DNA from: a bacterium
Lineage (GTDB): Bacteria > RBG-13-61-14 > DATKZS01
DNA: 24,500 bases
Direction: 5' to 3'
Assembly: GCA_046484135.1 (NCBI GenBank)
Contig: JAWOBU010000127.1
Span: forward strand, 1-24,500
Shown: piece by piece, positions 6,863-16,687 of the stretch
Layout: every line of letters begins with the position of its first letter
How positions within the stretch are numbered: the first letter of the stretch is position 1
Notes under the pieces: model-generated
Databases searched by the model: none
Told to the model about the DNA's origin: nothing
Seen by the model: the letters and a program-made list of their open reading frames with translations, nothing else
Made by a program: the position numbers and the translations under genes

Positions 6863-8050
6863 CTACAGGTCATAGTCCGGGTTATCGGGGTCGAAGTCGT
6901 TGTCGGTAAGCCCGGGGTTTATTTTGATCCGGGTGTAGTAGTAGGTCTCGTAGAGCTCGTTGCCGAAGGTGTAAATCCGGGCCTTTATTTCCAGGGACCG
7001 GATATAGTCTATGTAGTGAAAGATGCGGTGGCAGTAGTACCCCTTGGAGCGGTCGTCCGGGAGCACGCTCTCCATCACGTACACGTTATGGCCGTCAAGC
7101 TGCTCGATGCCGTGGTTCTTTCTTTCCAGGTCGTTGTTGGGGGTGGCCGCCCGGTAGTTCTCGTCAATCATGTCCAGGAGGTTCTTAAGGCCTATCTCCG
7201 TCACCTTGTGGTTCGAGCCACGCTGGGCAATGGCCGAGTCCACCGAAAGCGTGACCGGTATGATACCTAGAGCGCCCGACTCCCGCACGCGCACCTTGCC
7301 CTTGCCCAGCAACGCCTCGTTGTAAACCAGCTCCCGGCCTTTCCAGGGCCCGTCCAGCCACTTCATGTAGATGGAACGAGGCTTCTCGCGGTACTTCAGA
7401 AGTATCTTCTCTTTGCCCTGCAGCTTGTCTCCGAGCCTCTCCTGCTTATAGAGTATGGAGGAGTAGGACCGGATGTCTTCATACGTGCGCATGCCCGTCT
7501 CCAGGATGACCCATTGCGGGGTGTGGTTAAGGAGTATCTCCACCCGGTCCTCGGTCATCTCCGTGAAAAAGGTCTTCCTTCCTTCCGGGCCCATGTAGAA
7601 GCTCTGGGACGCTATCTGCTCGGGCGTAAGGCGTTCCAGGGTGTTTATGTACTGCTCCTTGGTCAGGTTGTTGTTGGACACGGCCAGGATGTGAGGGAAG
7701 AGCTTTTTAAAGTCGTAATCCGGCGTCACCTGGCTATGGAGCTGATACTTCTCGTCTAAAAACTCCTGCTTCTGTTTAGGGAGGCCCTTTTTGACCTGGT
7801 TGTGTCCCTCGTATCCCAGGTAGTAGCTGATGGAGGCCCGCTCTTCGTCGGTGAGGTCGGACGAGGTCGTGCGAAGCTGCTCCATGGACATTTCGTCCGC
7901 GGTGATCCGGAAAAGACAGATGAACACGCTGCGAAAGCCGGGAAGCTCGTGCCCGTAACAGGACTCCGGCACAGCGTGCCCGCGGGGAAGCGGCGCCGCG
8001 AACAAAAATACGAGAGACAAAGCCGCGAAAGTTGTTGCCCGAGTTCTCAT
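6863..8050 (-). CDS. Secreted DUF1571-domain protein with duplicated N-terminal helical module
   Basis: Signal peptide. The C-terminal YSSILYKQER...KYREKPRSIYMKWLDGPWKGRELVY...ITE/VTEIG...E.YYY..IKINPGLTDNDFDP.NPDY pattern is typical of DUF1571. Confidence 0.85.
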   Translation of the reverse strand: MRTRATTFAALSLVFLFAAPLPRGHAVPESCYGHELPGFRSVFICLFRITADEMSMEQLRTTSSDLTDEERASISYYLGYEGHNQVKKGLPKQKQEFLDEKYQLHSQVTPDYDFKKLFPHILAVSNNNLTKEQYINTLERLTPEQIASQSFYMGPEGRKTFFTEMTEDRVEILLNHTPQWVILETGMRTYEDIRSYSSILYKQERLGDKLQGKEKILLKYREKPRSIYMKWLDGPWKGRELVYNEALLGKGKVRVRESGALGIIPVTLSVDSAIAQRGSNHKVTEIGLKNLLDMIDENYRAATPNNDLERKNHGIEQLDGHNVYVMESVLPDDRSKGYYCHRIFHYIDYIRSLEIKARIYTFGNELYETYYYTRIKINPGLTDNDFDPDNPDYDL

Positions 8051-8345
8051 AAGCCAGTCCTCCTTGAAGAATTTTACGGGATACCTTTTACTGGAACTTA
8101 TTTTTAGCAGACGTTAAAAAAACTTGCAACCGGCACGAAACAAAATAATATACTCCGGGTCCGCTGGATTTCGCAGTGATATCGTTCCCTCTGCGTTGGA
8201 TTGAAAAGAAGAGATCGAGTATACTGTGAGGCGAAAGCTTTTTAGAGACAAGTCCTAAGCACAGCGCGGAAAGTGGAAGCGAAAAGCGGAATTAACAAAA
8301 AGGGGCCGGCGCATCCGGTCCGGAAGCCAGGAACGGGGGGCGACA

Positions 8346-9035
8346 ATGACGGCACACAAACGGAAGAACTCGGTTGGCGGCAGAATGGCGTGGGCGCTGG
8401 TATGGTTCGTGATCGGTGCGGCGGCCGGCCTTCTTCTCGGCAAGCTGGGAGGCCCGCCGGAAGAAAAGGAGCCGGTTGTAGCGCGACAGGAGGCGGGGGA
8501 CACGGTCTCGGCGGAGAGCGGGAGCACGCCTGCGGCGGGCGCTACGGGCACCGCTCCTGAAGAAGGCGGGACATCTGCGCCTGAGGGGGAGCAACAAACC
8601 GGAACCACCGCGGGAGACACGGAAACTTCGGCCGAGGAAACCGGCGGAGAGGGACCTGACAAGGACACCGGCGAAAAGGCCGAAGAAGCGCCGTCCCGGA
8701 TGACCGGGATCCAGCGCGACCGGAAAAGCGTAAAGAGAAGAATCTACGATTACTACGCCGCGCTTTCGCGGGACGATTTCCAGGGGAGCACCAACTGCTG
8801 GCATGAAGCCACCGCCAACACCAAGGCCAACATAAGAGCGGCCATGCAGGGGTTCGAGCAGATATTAGTGGTCAATGATTCTCTGAAGATAACCGACCTG
8901 AAACCCGAAAAAGCCACGGTCAACTTTACCGTCCACGCCTACTATGAAAACGACGCCTTCGATATCTACAAGAAGGGGGCCGAGCTGAAAAAGCAGGATG
9001 GCAAGTGGAAGATCGTGGAGACCTGGAACCCTTAA
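8346..9035 (+). CDS. Membrane-anchored protein: TM helix, acidic low-complexity linker, NTF2-like C-terminal domain
   Basis: AWALVWFVIGAAAGLLLG TM segment; G/E/T/A-rich spacer; IYDYYAALSRDDF...ATVNFTV...LKKQDGKWKIV pattern. Confidence 0.75.
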   Translation: MTAHKRKNSVGGRMAWALVWFVIGAAAGLLLGKLGGPPEEKEPVVARQEAGDTVSAESGSTPAAGATGTAPEEGGTSAPEGEQQTGTTAGDTETSAEETGGEGPDKDTGEKAEEAPSRMTGIQRDRKSVKRRIYDYYAALSRDDFQGSTNCWHEATANTKANIRAAMQGFEQILVVNDSLKITDLKPEKATVNFTVHAYYENDAFDIYKKGAELKKQDGKWKIVETWNP

Positions 9036-9119
9036 GAAGCGGCCGGGTCGGATAAAGTTACCAGCCAAACCCGCAGGCAGGGCGGAAGCGTGCTCTACAA
9101 GCGCCCCGGTTGTGTTAGA

Positions 9120-10931
9120 ATGTCGGACATGGCCCCCGCGCAAAAGTTCTTGCCGATCTACTTTAAAAGAGCGCTGTGGTTTCTGGTTATTGCAGCCGCC
9201 GCCCTTCTCGCCGGGCTCGCGTTTTACGGGTTTACCTTTGACGATCCTTATATCACTTTCCGGGTGGCCCGCAACCTGGCAGACGGCCACGGATGGGTCT
9301 ACAACGCGGGAGAGAGGACCAACGCGGTAACCTCTCCTCTCCATACCCTGCTTCTCGCTTTCCTGTATTATGTCTTCTCCGCGGACCTGCCGCTTCTGGG
9401 CGCGCTTGTTACCATGGCCGGACTTGCCGCGGCCGGGTTCGTGTTTCCCTTTCTTTGCGACCGGGACAAAAACCCGGCGGGGGCATACCTCGCCGGAGCC
9501 GTCATCGGCATCTACCCTTTTCTTATCCAGACCATGGGCATGGAGACCGGCCTGCTTCTGGCGATCTGTCTGGCCTCGCTGTACTTTTACCGGCGGGAGC
9601 GGCTGGTCCCCGCGGCAGCCCTTCTGGCCCTGGCGCTTCTGGTGCGTTTTGACGCCGCGGTCCTCGCCGGCATCGTTTTGGTCCATTATCTTTACAAAGA
9701 GCGCGCGCTTCCTCCCGGCCGGGCGGTGGCCGCGTTCGCCCTCGTACTGGCGCCGTGGTTCGTGTTCTCCGGAGTTTACTTCGGGGAGTTACTTCCCCAT
9801 ACCCTGGGCGTGAAGCTGGCCCAGTCTCGCTCCGGCGCACACTGGGGCGGAGAATGGATGTTCCTGCAAGCGCTGGGCGGAGTGCTGGCCCGCTTCCTGG
9901 GAGAGCCGGACGTTACCGGCCTCCTGGGATATGCCGCTCTCCTGGCCGGTCTTGTTCACGTTTTCCGCACTCCTGCCGCGGCTCCCCGCATCATCCTGGC
10001 ATGGGCTCTCCTGCACGCCGTCGCTTACGCCGCGGTCCTTCGAGTGCCGCCTTACACCTGGTACTTTGCGCCCGTCTACCTCTCGCTCGCCATGCTGCTC
10101 GGGCTGGGCGCGGGATCCCTGGCGGGACGACTGGCATCTTCCCGCTACGGCGGCAACGTCCTTCTTGCGGTCGCGCTCTTGTTTGTCCTTTTGTGGACGC
10201 TCGGCAAGGCCCTGCCCGGTTTCGATCCGCTGGAAAGATGGTTCAATCCCTTCCACCTGGGCCATGCCCTGGGTTACCTGGCGCTTGTAATCGGCGGCAT
10301 TACTTTCAGCTTCCAGCATTTCCGGGACAAAGGCTATGCCCGGGCCGGCACAGCTTTCTGGATCGCTTTGGCCGCTTTCTTTCCGCACCATTTGAACGGA
10401 TACCTGCAGATGACTCACGGACCGGGAAGCCAGTACGTGTATTACCGGGAGGCGGCGCAGTGGGTGCGGGAGAACCGGCCACAGGCCCGCACCGTGGGCG
10501 CACACGAGATCGGCGTGCTGGGCTACTACTTAAAAGACAAGACCATAGTGGACCAGTGCGGCATCCCCACGGAGGGCGCCGCAAAAGCGCTCGGCAGGAG
10601 AGACATGACGTGGTGGGTGAAGAAGTACCGGCCCGATCTTCTGGTGCTCCATTGCTCAACCAAATGGTGGAAGGAAGTGGAAGGACCTCTCCTTGCAGCG
10701 GACTGGTTCACACAAGCCTACCGGCCGGTTGCCGCGGTGGTAAAGGCCGGCGAGACAAACAGGGTGCAGGCAGTGGCGCTTGATAATGGTTTCGGCGGAA
10801 AAAGCGACGGGGCATGTCCGGTAAAAGAACCCGCCAAGCACGCGGTCAAGGTGTGGGAGCTGGTTGACTTATCCGCGGTGCCGGCTCCGTCGAAGCCGGA
10901 AACCGCCCTGCAGCAACAAGGCGATGAGTAG
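9120..10931 (+). CDS. Polytopic membrane protein, GT-C-fold glycosyltransferase-like
   Basis: DDPYITFRVARNLADGHGWVYN after the first TM helix, TSPL, GMET, RFDA, many TM helices, C-terminal EIGVLGYY...VD..G domain. Confidence 0.8.
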   Translation: MSDMAPAQKFLPIYFKRALWFLVIAAAALLAGLAFYGFTFDDPYITFRVARNLADGHGWVYNAGERTNAVTSPLHTLLLAFLYYVFSADLPLLGALVTMAGLAAAGFVFPFLCDRDKNPAGAYLAGAVIGIYPFLIQTMGMETGLLLAICLASLYFYRRERLVPAAALLALALLVRFDAAVLAGIVLVHYLYKERALPPGRAVAAFALVLAPWFVFSGVYFGELLPHTLGVKLAQSRSGAHWGGEWMFLQALGGVLARFLGEPDVTGLLGYAALLAGLVHVFRTPAAAPRIILAWALLHAVAYAAVLRVPPYTWYFAPVYLSLAMLLGLGAGSLAGRLASSRYGGNVLLAVALLFVLLWTLGKALPGFDPLERWFNPFHLGHALGYLALVIGGITFSFQHFRDKGYARAGTAFWIALAAFFPHHLNGYLQMTHGPGSQYVYYREAAQWVRENRPQARTVGAHEIGVLGYYLKDKTIVDQCGIPTEGAAKALGRRDMTWWVKKYRPDLLVLHCSTKWWKEVEGPLLAADWFTQAYRPVAAVVKAGETNRVQAVALDNGFGGKSDGACPVKEPAKHAVKVWELVDLSAVPAPSKPETALQQQGDE

Positions 10932-12452
10932 GGGAACGAGGACCAACAACAGTCCCGGTCCGGCCGGTTCATGTCCACGGCTTTTCGCGGCAGAGCATCC
11001 ATAAGGTGAGTAGTCGTCATCCTCGTCCGCAGGAGAGGCGCCGTACTCCGCCCTAATGATTACCTGGTCGGCTATGGAGTCCGCGATCCCGTCGTTTACC
11101 ACCAGCCGGATAACGTAAAGGCCGGGCCTTTCGAGATAGGCCCCGGTTTCTGCTGCGGTGGAGGACGAGAGCACTCCCGCGGCTTGGGGAGGTTTGACCG
11201 CCACCGACCATTCATAAGACAGGGTCCCGCCCTCCGGGTCAAAGGAGTCCCGGCCCGACAGTTTTACCGACCTGCCCGGCTCGGACAGGGTCCGGCCCGC
11301 CACTATCACGGCCCCGGGAAGCTCGTTGCCCTCTTCGTTTATCAAAAGCCCCTGGAAGAGCAAGCCTGTGCCTCCGGTGTTCGAGGCGGACAGGTCATAC
11401 CCGCCCGCCGGAAGTTCGGGGTATCCGCCGGCGCCGTTCATGATTTTGGCTTTGGCGAAGTTGGGGGACACGTACTCATGAGCGGTGGCCGCGTCCAGTA
11501 GAACGCCGTCCTCCACCACGTCCATGTCCGAGAGCGTGCTGCCGGCAAAGCCGGAGCCGAACAGGCAGTACTCGACCACGGTATTGCCCGCGGACGGAGG
11601 AGTTGAAAGCGTAAGTCGTCTGTCGTAGTAGCTCAGTGCGGAAATCCGGGTGGTGATATAGCTGTCCAGGCCGCACCTTGTGTCGGAGAAGGTGTCGCGG
11701 TGTATCCCCCAAATGCTGGGAGGGCCCTCGTCCTCAGGGGTGGCCGGGTATAAGTGCCGGAGACCTTGTTTGTCGTCCTCCGAAAGCCGGCGACAGCGCG
11801 TGTCAGCTATGCCCGGCAGGAAGAACATGGCGGCCCACGAATACTGGCTGTGCCCGAGACCCAGCATGTGGCCCATCTCGTGGCTCACCAGGGCCTCTAC
11901 GTCCACCCGCTTATGGGAAACCAGGTCCGGGAAACTGCCGTGGTAGGGAAAGACCATCCACCGGTAGTGCTCAGCGTTGCAGAACATGTCCGCTTCCATG
12001 ATCCTGCCCTGGTCCAGCTTGGGAACGGTCATGCAGATCACGTTGGAACCCCAGCCGTGCGGCCAGTCCGCGGGCACGAACTCGATGGTGTTACGGCCGT
12101 CCGGGTCGGAGAGGCGGTCTGCGAACGCGCGGTCGTACTCGCCTTCCTCGAAGCTGACCGACACGTCCATGGCCGAGCCGGGGACCCGGTCCCAGGTGTT
12201 CACCGCTTCTTTGATCGCCTCTCTCGATCCTTCCGGCATCTCGAGCGGCAGGGGAAGCACTTCTATGTTGACGGGAAGGGGAGGAGCGCCCGGGCCGGGC
12301 CTGGAGCCGTCCGCGGCGGGCCGGTACTGCTCCGGCGAGCTCTGGGGGTCCAGGTCGTTATTGGAAAGCTGGACCCAATACGCCGCGCCATGGCATGGAA
12401 AAATCAGGAAGCTCAGCGCCAGGCATAAGCAGAAAGCGCGGCGGGGCGTCAT
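10869..12452 (-). CDS. Secreted matrixin-family (M10-like) zinc metalloprotease with PKD-like domain and C-terminal GC-TM-basic sorting tail
   Basis: HEMGHMLGLGH, Met-turn AAMF, LSEDDKQGLRHLYP; PKD-like SFDPEGGTLSYEW...GLYVIRLVVNDG; tail YGCS...LLLVLVPLLIALLL...RLRRSR. ATGA coupling to the upstream gene. Confidence 0.9.
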   Translation of the reverse strand: MTPRRAFCLCLALSFLIFPCHGAAYWVQLSNNDLDPQSSPEQYRPAADGSRPGPGAPPLPVNIEVLPLPLEMPEGSREAIKEAVNTWDRVPGSAMDVSVSFEEGEYDRAFADRLSDPDGRNTIEFVPADWPHGWGSNVICMTVPKLDQGRIMEADMFCNAEHYRWMVFPYHGSFPDLVSHKRVDVEALVSHEMGHMLGLGHSQYSWAAMFFLPGIADTRCRRLSEDDKQGLRHLYPATPEDEGPPSIWGIHRDTFSDTRCGLDSYITTRISALSYYDRRLTLSTPPSAGNTVVEYCLFGSGFAGSTLSDMDVVEDGVLLDAATAHEYVSPNFAKAKIMNGAGGYPELPAGGYDLSASNTGGTGLLFQGLLINEEGNELPGAVIVAGRTLSEPGRSVKLSGRDSFDPEGGTLSYEWSVAVKPPQAAGVLSSSTAAETGAYLERPGLYVIRLVVNDGIADSIADQVIIRAEYGASPADEDDDYSPYGCSAAKSRGHEPAGPGLLLVLVPLLIALLLQGGFRLRRSRHRG

Positions 12453-13033
12453 TTCTGCTCCTCCCGCCGAAGGTTGTCCCGGACCGCCTTGACGCAACTC
12501 TCCAGGTCTTTAAGCCGGATGTGGACAAAGCCGCGCTGGGGGTTCCGCTTGGACCACGGCAGTGGCACGACCTTGCCGCGGGCCTGCAAGGAAACCACCG
12601 GCAGCGCGCCCTGACCGGGCGAGACCAGGTAAAACAGCTCTTTTTTATCACCTTCAACCCTGTTGAGAAAAAGAACGTACTCCTTCCCCTTTTGCAGGGC
12701 CGGTCCGCCCGGCAGAGGATGAATGCCCGACTTCCCGGCCGCGGCAGGTGCAGGCACAATAAAGGTCGCCGGCGCCGTTCCCGCCATGAGCTCCAGGGTC
12801 TCGGCTTCATATAGAATAAAAGGCAGCTTGCCGTGGGGAGTGTGCCGATAGCCGGTGTTAATCGAGCTTATGCGAACGCGGGCCACAGCATCCGCCTGCG
12901 CGGAAAGATCGGATAGGCCCAACCCGGCCTCGGACGCGAGGCCCGGCAGTGCGGCCGCGGCGAGCAGGAAGGCGGCGACCACAGATAGTGCAAGGCAAGT
13001 GCGCCGCCGAAGGATGAATTCTTTTATCTTCAT
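12449..13033 (-). CDS. Secreted hypothetical protein, translationally coupled to the matrixin
   Basis: Signal peptide; LSDLSAQADAVARVRI...ETLELMAG...PGGPALQKGKEYVLFL pattern; AGAGAG RBS. Confidence 0.8.
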   Translation of the reverse strand: MKIKEFILRRRTCLALSVVAAFLLAAAALPGLASEAGLGLSDLSAQADAVARVRISSINTGYRHTPHGKLPFILYEAETLELMAGTAPATFIVPAPAAAGKSGIHPLPGGPALQKGKEYVLFLNRVEGDKKELFYLVSPGQGALPVVSLQARGKVVPLPWSKRNPQRGFVHIRLKDLESCVKAVRDNLRREEQK

Positions 13034-13048
13034 GTTTGTAATCTCTCT

Positions 13049-14839
13049 TTATTTTGCCTCCATCGGCTCTGATGCTTCGAGAGCAAGCTGGACAGCGGTA
13101 TCAGTGCTGACAAGGCGCACGTGTTCCGGGAGTATTTTGACCAGCTCCATGACGGAGTTCTCAAGGGTAAGTCCGCCATCACTGGTCATGTAAACTCCGG
13201 CAACGGTTCCTCGCGGGTACTCACTCAGTTTTTGGGCCATATTGCCGGGGCTTAGATGGAATTTCTTGTCCAGACGTTCTCCCCTGTCATTGATCCCTCT
13301 CCATTCTCTCGGGCGGAAGAGTACTACCTTCCCTCCGTCCTGACCGGAGAGCACCTTGAAAAACCGGTTGTGGTCCCATGTAAAGGTCGGGAACAAATAT
13401 GGAACGTTCACGGGAAACAAACCTTTGATGGCGCCTTCCCTTTTAGCGTACTTTGGCAGGAACTTCTCTTCAGCGTACGGCCACTTGGTAAACCACTCCC
13501 AATGGACTGTGCTGTTTGTCCCGAGAAGGCGGGCGTCTTTTTCCGTGGCCGCCACGAATTTGTCCTGCATGACCTCCTCTTCAAGAGACGAGGGATAAGC
13601 GTACAGATGGCCGCTGGGCGGAAGCATGAAGTAATCCTTTCCCGTCTTATAACTCATTTCGTAGTACCATTTGAGCACGTCGGGGGCGATGCGGGAAAGG
13701 TGCGGAGAAATGGACCAGGTAAGGGGCGGGCAGGAATCTTCTCCTTCGCCGCAAGCCCGGACCCGTCCGCGTAACCACTCGGCGCGAGAATCCATTATGA
13801 ACGCGATGTTGTCCCCGTCGCCCACTATAAAGGCAATATAGGTTTTAGTGGGATCATACTCGATGTTCTCCGGCTCATTTTGCTTAAGCTCGCTTGCATC
13901 AGTAATCGGCTCTCCTCGCGTGGAGAAAAAAGAAAGGTTATTAACTTCTGTGGGGACAGCGCCCATGTTTCGCGACTCAGCGCACAGTGTCTGGGCCTCG
14001 AAAAGGTATCCCCCGAATACATTCCAATAATTTGCGTACCCATATACTCCGATGGGCTTCGGCCAGGGGTTTACGCTGACAATATCGTTCAGGAGCGTAC
14101 TTTGCTGTGTTCCTTTAATGCAGCCATTAACCAGGAACATAACGAACAACTTTTCAGAAAACACAAAATCCACCATGGCAGGATTCATGTCCTGTACAAT
14201 CTCAGGGTCCCAGACCTTTTCAGGGGAGGTGTCGTAACCCGGATTAAGCATGGCGAGTCCGGTTGTATCGTCTACATAGTTCTCATACACATGCTTTGTG
14301 GCCGAATAAGGAGTGTCGCGCTCTTTAAACTCTTCTGTTGCGTCAAACAAAATGTCGCCGCATTGGACATCCATTTCCTCGTCCACCGGTACGGCTCCGA
14401 GAACCGCGCTGACAGTGAGGATATTGGGAAGAAGCGTCTGCTGCTCCTTATATGAATACCGCGCGCATCCGGAGAACTCCGTCAAACAAGCCTCAAGAAA
14501 CCGATCCGCGTTCATTACTTCGTCCGGTTTTAAACCAAGCTCCTCTATCCATTTATGGTCCTTCTCCTCCATACGGGTATAAACGGAACCGCCGGATTTT
14601 CGGTTGTACAATCCGGCGCACGCTTGTACCGCTATCTTTACGGCCGGCCGGGTATCCGGTTCAATGTCCACCACTTTCAAGGAATGCCCGTTAGAGGTAA
14701 AAGTTTCAGTGTCAGCAGGCTCATTCTCACAGTACTTCGGCGACAGGCATGGTCCCGAGGCAAAAGACGGATATGCCAAAAGCGCCGGCGCAAGCGAGAC
14801 AACTGCCAAAGTGATTTTGATTAAATTCATTGTTTTCAT
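13049..14839 (-). CDS. Secreted GxGYxYP-domain protein (putative glycoside hydrolase/polysaccharide-active)
   Basis: Signal peptide; NLSFFS, YIAFIVGDGDNI, PLTWSISP, PPSGHLYAYP (variant of the signature). Confidence 0.8.
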   Translation of the reverse strand: MKTMNLIKITLAVVSLAPALLAYPSFASGPCLSPKYCENEPADTETFTSNGHSLKVVDIEPDTRPAVKIAVQACAGLYNRKSGGSVYTRMEEKDHKWIEELGLKPDEVMNADRFLEACLTEFSGCARYSYKEQQTLLPNILTVSAVLGAVPVDEEMDVQCGDILFDATEEFKERDTPYSATKHVYENYVDDTTGLAMLNPGYDTSPEKVWDPEIVQDMNPAMVDFVFSEKLFVMFLVNGCIKGTQQSTLLNDIVSVNPWPKPIGVYGYANYWNVFGGYLFEAQTLCAESRNMGAVPTEVNNLSFFSTRGEPITDASELKQNEPENIEYDPTKTYIAFIVGDGDNIAFIMDSRAEWLRGRVRACGEGEDSCPPLTWSISPHLSRIAPDVLKWYYEMSYKTGKDYFMLPPSGHLYAYPSSLEEEVMQDKFVAATEKDARLLGTNSTVHWEWFTKWPYAEEKFLPKYAKREGAIKGLFPVNVPYLFPTFTWDHNRFFKVLSGQDGGKVVLFRPREWRGINDRGERLDKKFHLSPGNMAQKLSEYPRGTVAGVYMTSDGGLTLENSVMELVKILPEHVRLVSTDTAVQLALEASEPMEAK

Positions 14840-15196
14840 TAATTGCCCTCGTAAGAAAAGCTTATCTTTTAAGAATTCAAGGAAAATGCCTTTTTATAAA
14901 GGTATCATATCCATAAACTTAAGATAACATCACCCACGAATCATATCCAGCCGGAGGGCACCGAACTCCGGCAGGATCTTCTTGACTTTGGAAAGCCGCT
15001 CGCTTAATGTGAAATCCGTGCGCGCACATCGTTTCCTTGAGATGGTTTTTATTGCCTCCGATTGCAAAGCGGCTATCACGGCGGAAGCCGCTCTCACATA
15101 TAGTATCTTTTTTCATGGCATAATGGCCTGCTTCAGTCCTTGGAAGGACGTGCTATAAACATTTCATGTTACTGACCAGGGCGGGAGGTGCAACTC

Positions 15197-16687
15197 ATGA
15201 CCGACATGGACTTTGACAGGGAGGACCTGTTCAGCTTCGAGGACAGCTTTCATGGCCTGATTGCCGGATACGGCCCTGCCATGGTCCGGCAGGCCAGGAA
15301 GACATTCTATGAAGAGCGGGCTTTCCTGCGCGAACACCTTGCTCCTCTGGTTCTCTCCGAAGACAGGGAACACGCCCGGGACCCCGATCATATCTCGTGG
15401 GAGATGCTTCGACTGGCCGGCAGGCACGGTCGGCTCTCTTCTTTTATCCCCGGCTTCATGGGAGGCTCCGGCACCTCCATTACCGGCGGGGCCATGATGA
15501 TCAACATGGAGGAGCAGGCGTCAGTGGACGGCGCTTACTGCGGAATGATGGGAGGGCACGCCCTCGGCCTGGTGGCCCTGATGATGACGTTTAACATGGG
15601 GGCCTTAAAAAAGGTCATAGACAGGATCGTGGCCCGCGAGAACGACGAGACTCCCTACGTGATAGACTGTGCCATAACCGAGCCCACCGCAGGCACGGAC
15701 GTGGAAGAGGTGGACCTCTATCCTCACGCCAAGCTCATATGCCGGGCCGAGCGTGTGCCGGGCGGCGCGGTGTTGAACGGCAGAAAGGTCTTCATCAGCA
15801 CCGGGCACATGGCCTCTGACCACGTGGTCATCCTTCCCTTTGACATCAAGGACCCGGTGAAAACCATGGGATGCATGCTGGTCCCCAATGAAGCCAAGGG
15901 TTTCTCCCTGGGCCGCAAGGAAAGGAAGATGGGCCAGCGCGCGGGCCCGGCGAGCGAGCTTATTTTAGAGGACTGCTTTATCCCGGAGGAAAACATCGTG
16001 ATGGCGTCGGACGAATGGCCGGAGCTGGAAGACCAGTTTAAGGGACTGCTCCACGGGGTCTTGGGCATAACCCGCATTGCAGTGGGTGCATGGTCCACCG
16101 GCACCGCCCGGGCCGCACTGGAGAGGGCATTGTGCTTAACCCGCCAAGAAAAGCACAAAGGGAAAACCCTGATCAACCAGCAATGGGTGCAGTCCATTCT
16201 CACCAACATGTACATGAACGTGATGATGGCGAGGTCGGTGTACTTAGAGGCCCAGTTCGCGCTCATGACCAACATGGGAAGCAGGGGACTTATTACCAGG
16301 ATGCCCGCGCTAATGAACACCAGGCCCGTAAGCGCGATCCTCGGCCGGGTGTTCGAAAGCAACGGCATCAAAAAGATGTACCAGTCGGACCGCATGCGCA
16401 AGGCCATGGTGAAGAGGTTCCTTTCCATGCCTGAAAACAACGACGCCCGCATCCAGTACATGTCGTCCCTGGCCAAGGTTACCGGGTCGGACATGGCCAT
16501 GGAGAACTGCCACCTCGCGGTCGAGCTTCTGGGAAGGGCGGGCATCCGCCATGACCACGGAGTGGAGAAGGTTTTCCGCGACGCCAAGCTGCTCCAGATT
16601 TTCGAGGGGACCAACCAGCTCAACCGGCTCAACATCTTCCAGCATTACTTCGGCAGGAAGATACCGGGAGTGGAGGTGTTTTCATGA
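15197..16687 (+). CDS. Acyl-CoA dehydrogenase (catalytic-type subunit, with about 60-aa insertion)
   Basis: AITEPTAGTD, LNGRKVFIS, KMGQRA, VEKVFRDAKLLQIFEGTNQ; GGAGG 7 nt before ATG 15197. Confidence 0.93.
   Translation: MTDMDFDREDLFSFEDSFHGLIAGYGPAMVRQARKTFYEERAFLREHLAPLVLSEDREHARDPDHISWEMLRLAGRHGRLSSFIPGFMGGSGTSITGGAMMINMEEQASVDGAYCGMMGGHALGLVALMMTFNMGALKKVIDRIVARENDETPYVIDCAITEPTAGTDVEEVDLYPHAKLICRAERVPGGAVLNGRKVFISTGHMASDHVVILPFDIKDPVKTMGCMLVPNEAKGFSLGRKERKMGQRAGPASELILEDCFIPEENIVMASDEWPELEDQFKGLLHGVLGITRIAVGAWSTGTARAALERALCLTRQEKHKGKTLINQQWVQSILTNMYMNVMMARSVYLEAQFALMTNMGSRGLITRMPALMNTRPVSAILGRVFESNGIKKMYQSDRMRKAMVKRFLSMPENNDARIQYMSSLAKVTGSDMAMENCHLAVELLGRAGIRHDHGVEKVFRDAKLLQIFEGTNQLNRLNIFQHYFGRKIPGVEVFS

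Noticed and set aside
14950..15092. Two small hairpins (gccggag/ctccggc; agcggct/agccgct) in the divergent intergenic region
   Set aside because: 7-bp stems without U-tracts or recognisable operator consensus; compatible with chance.
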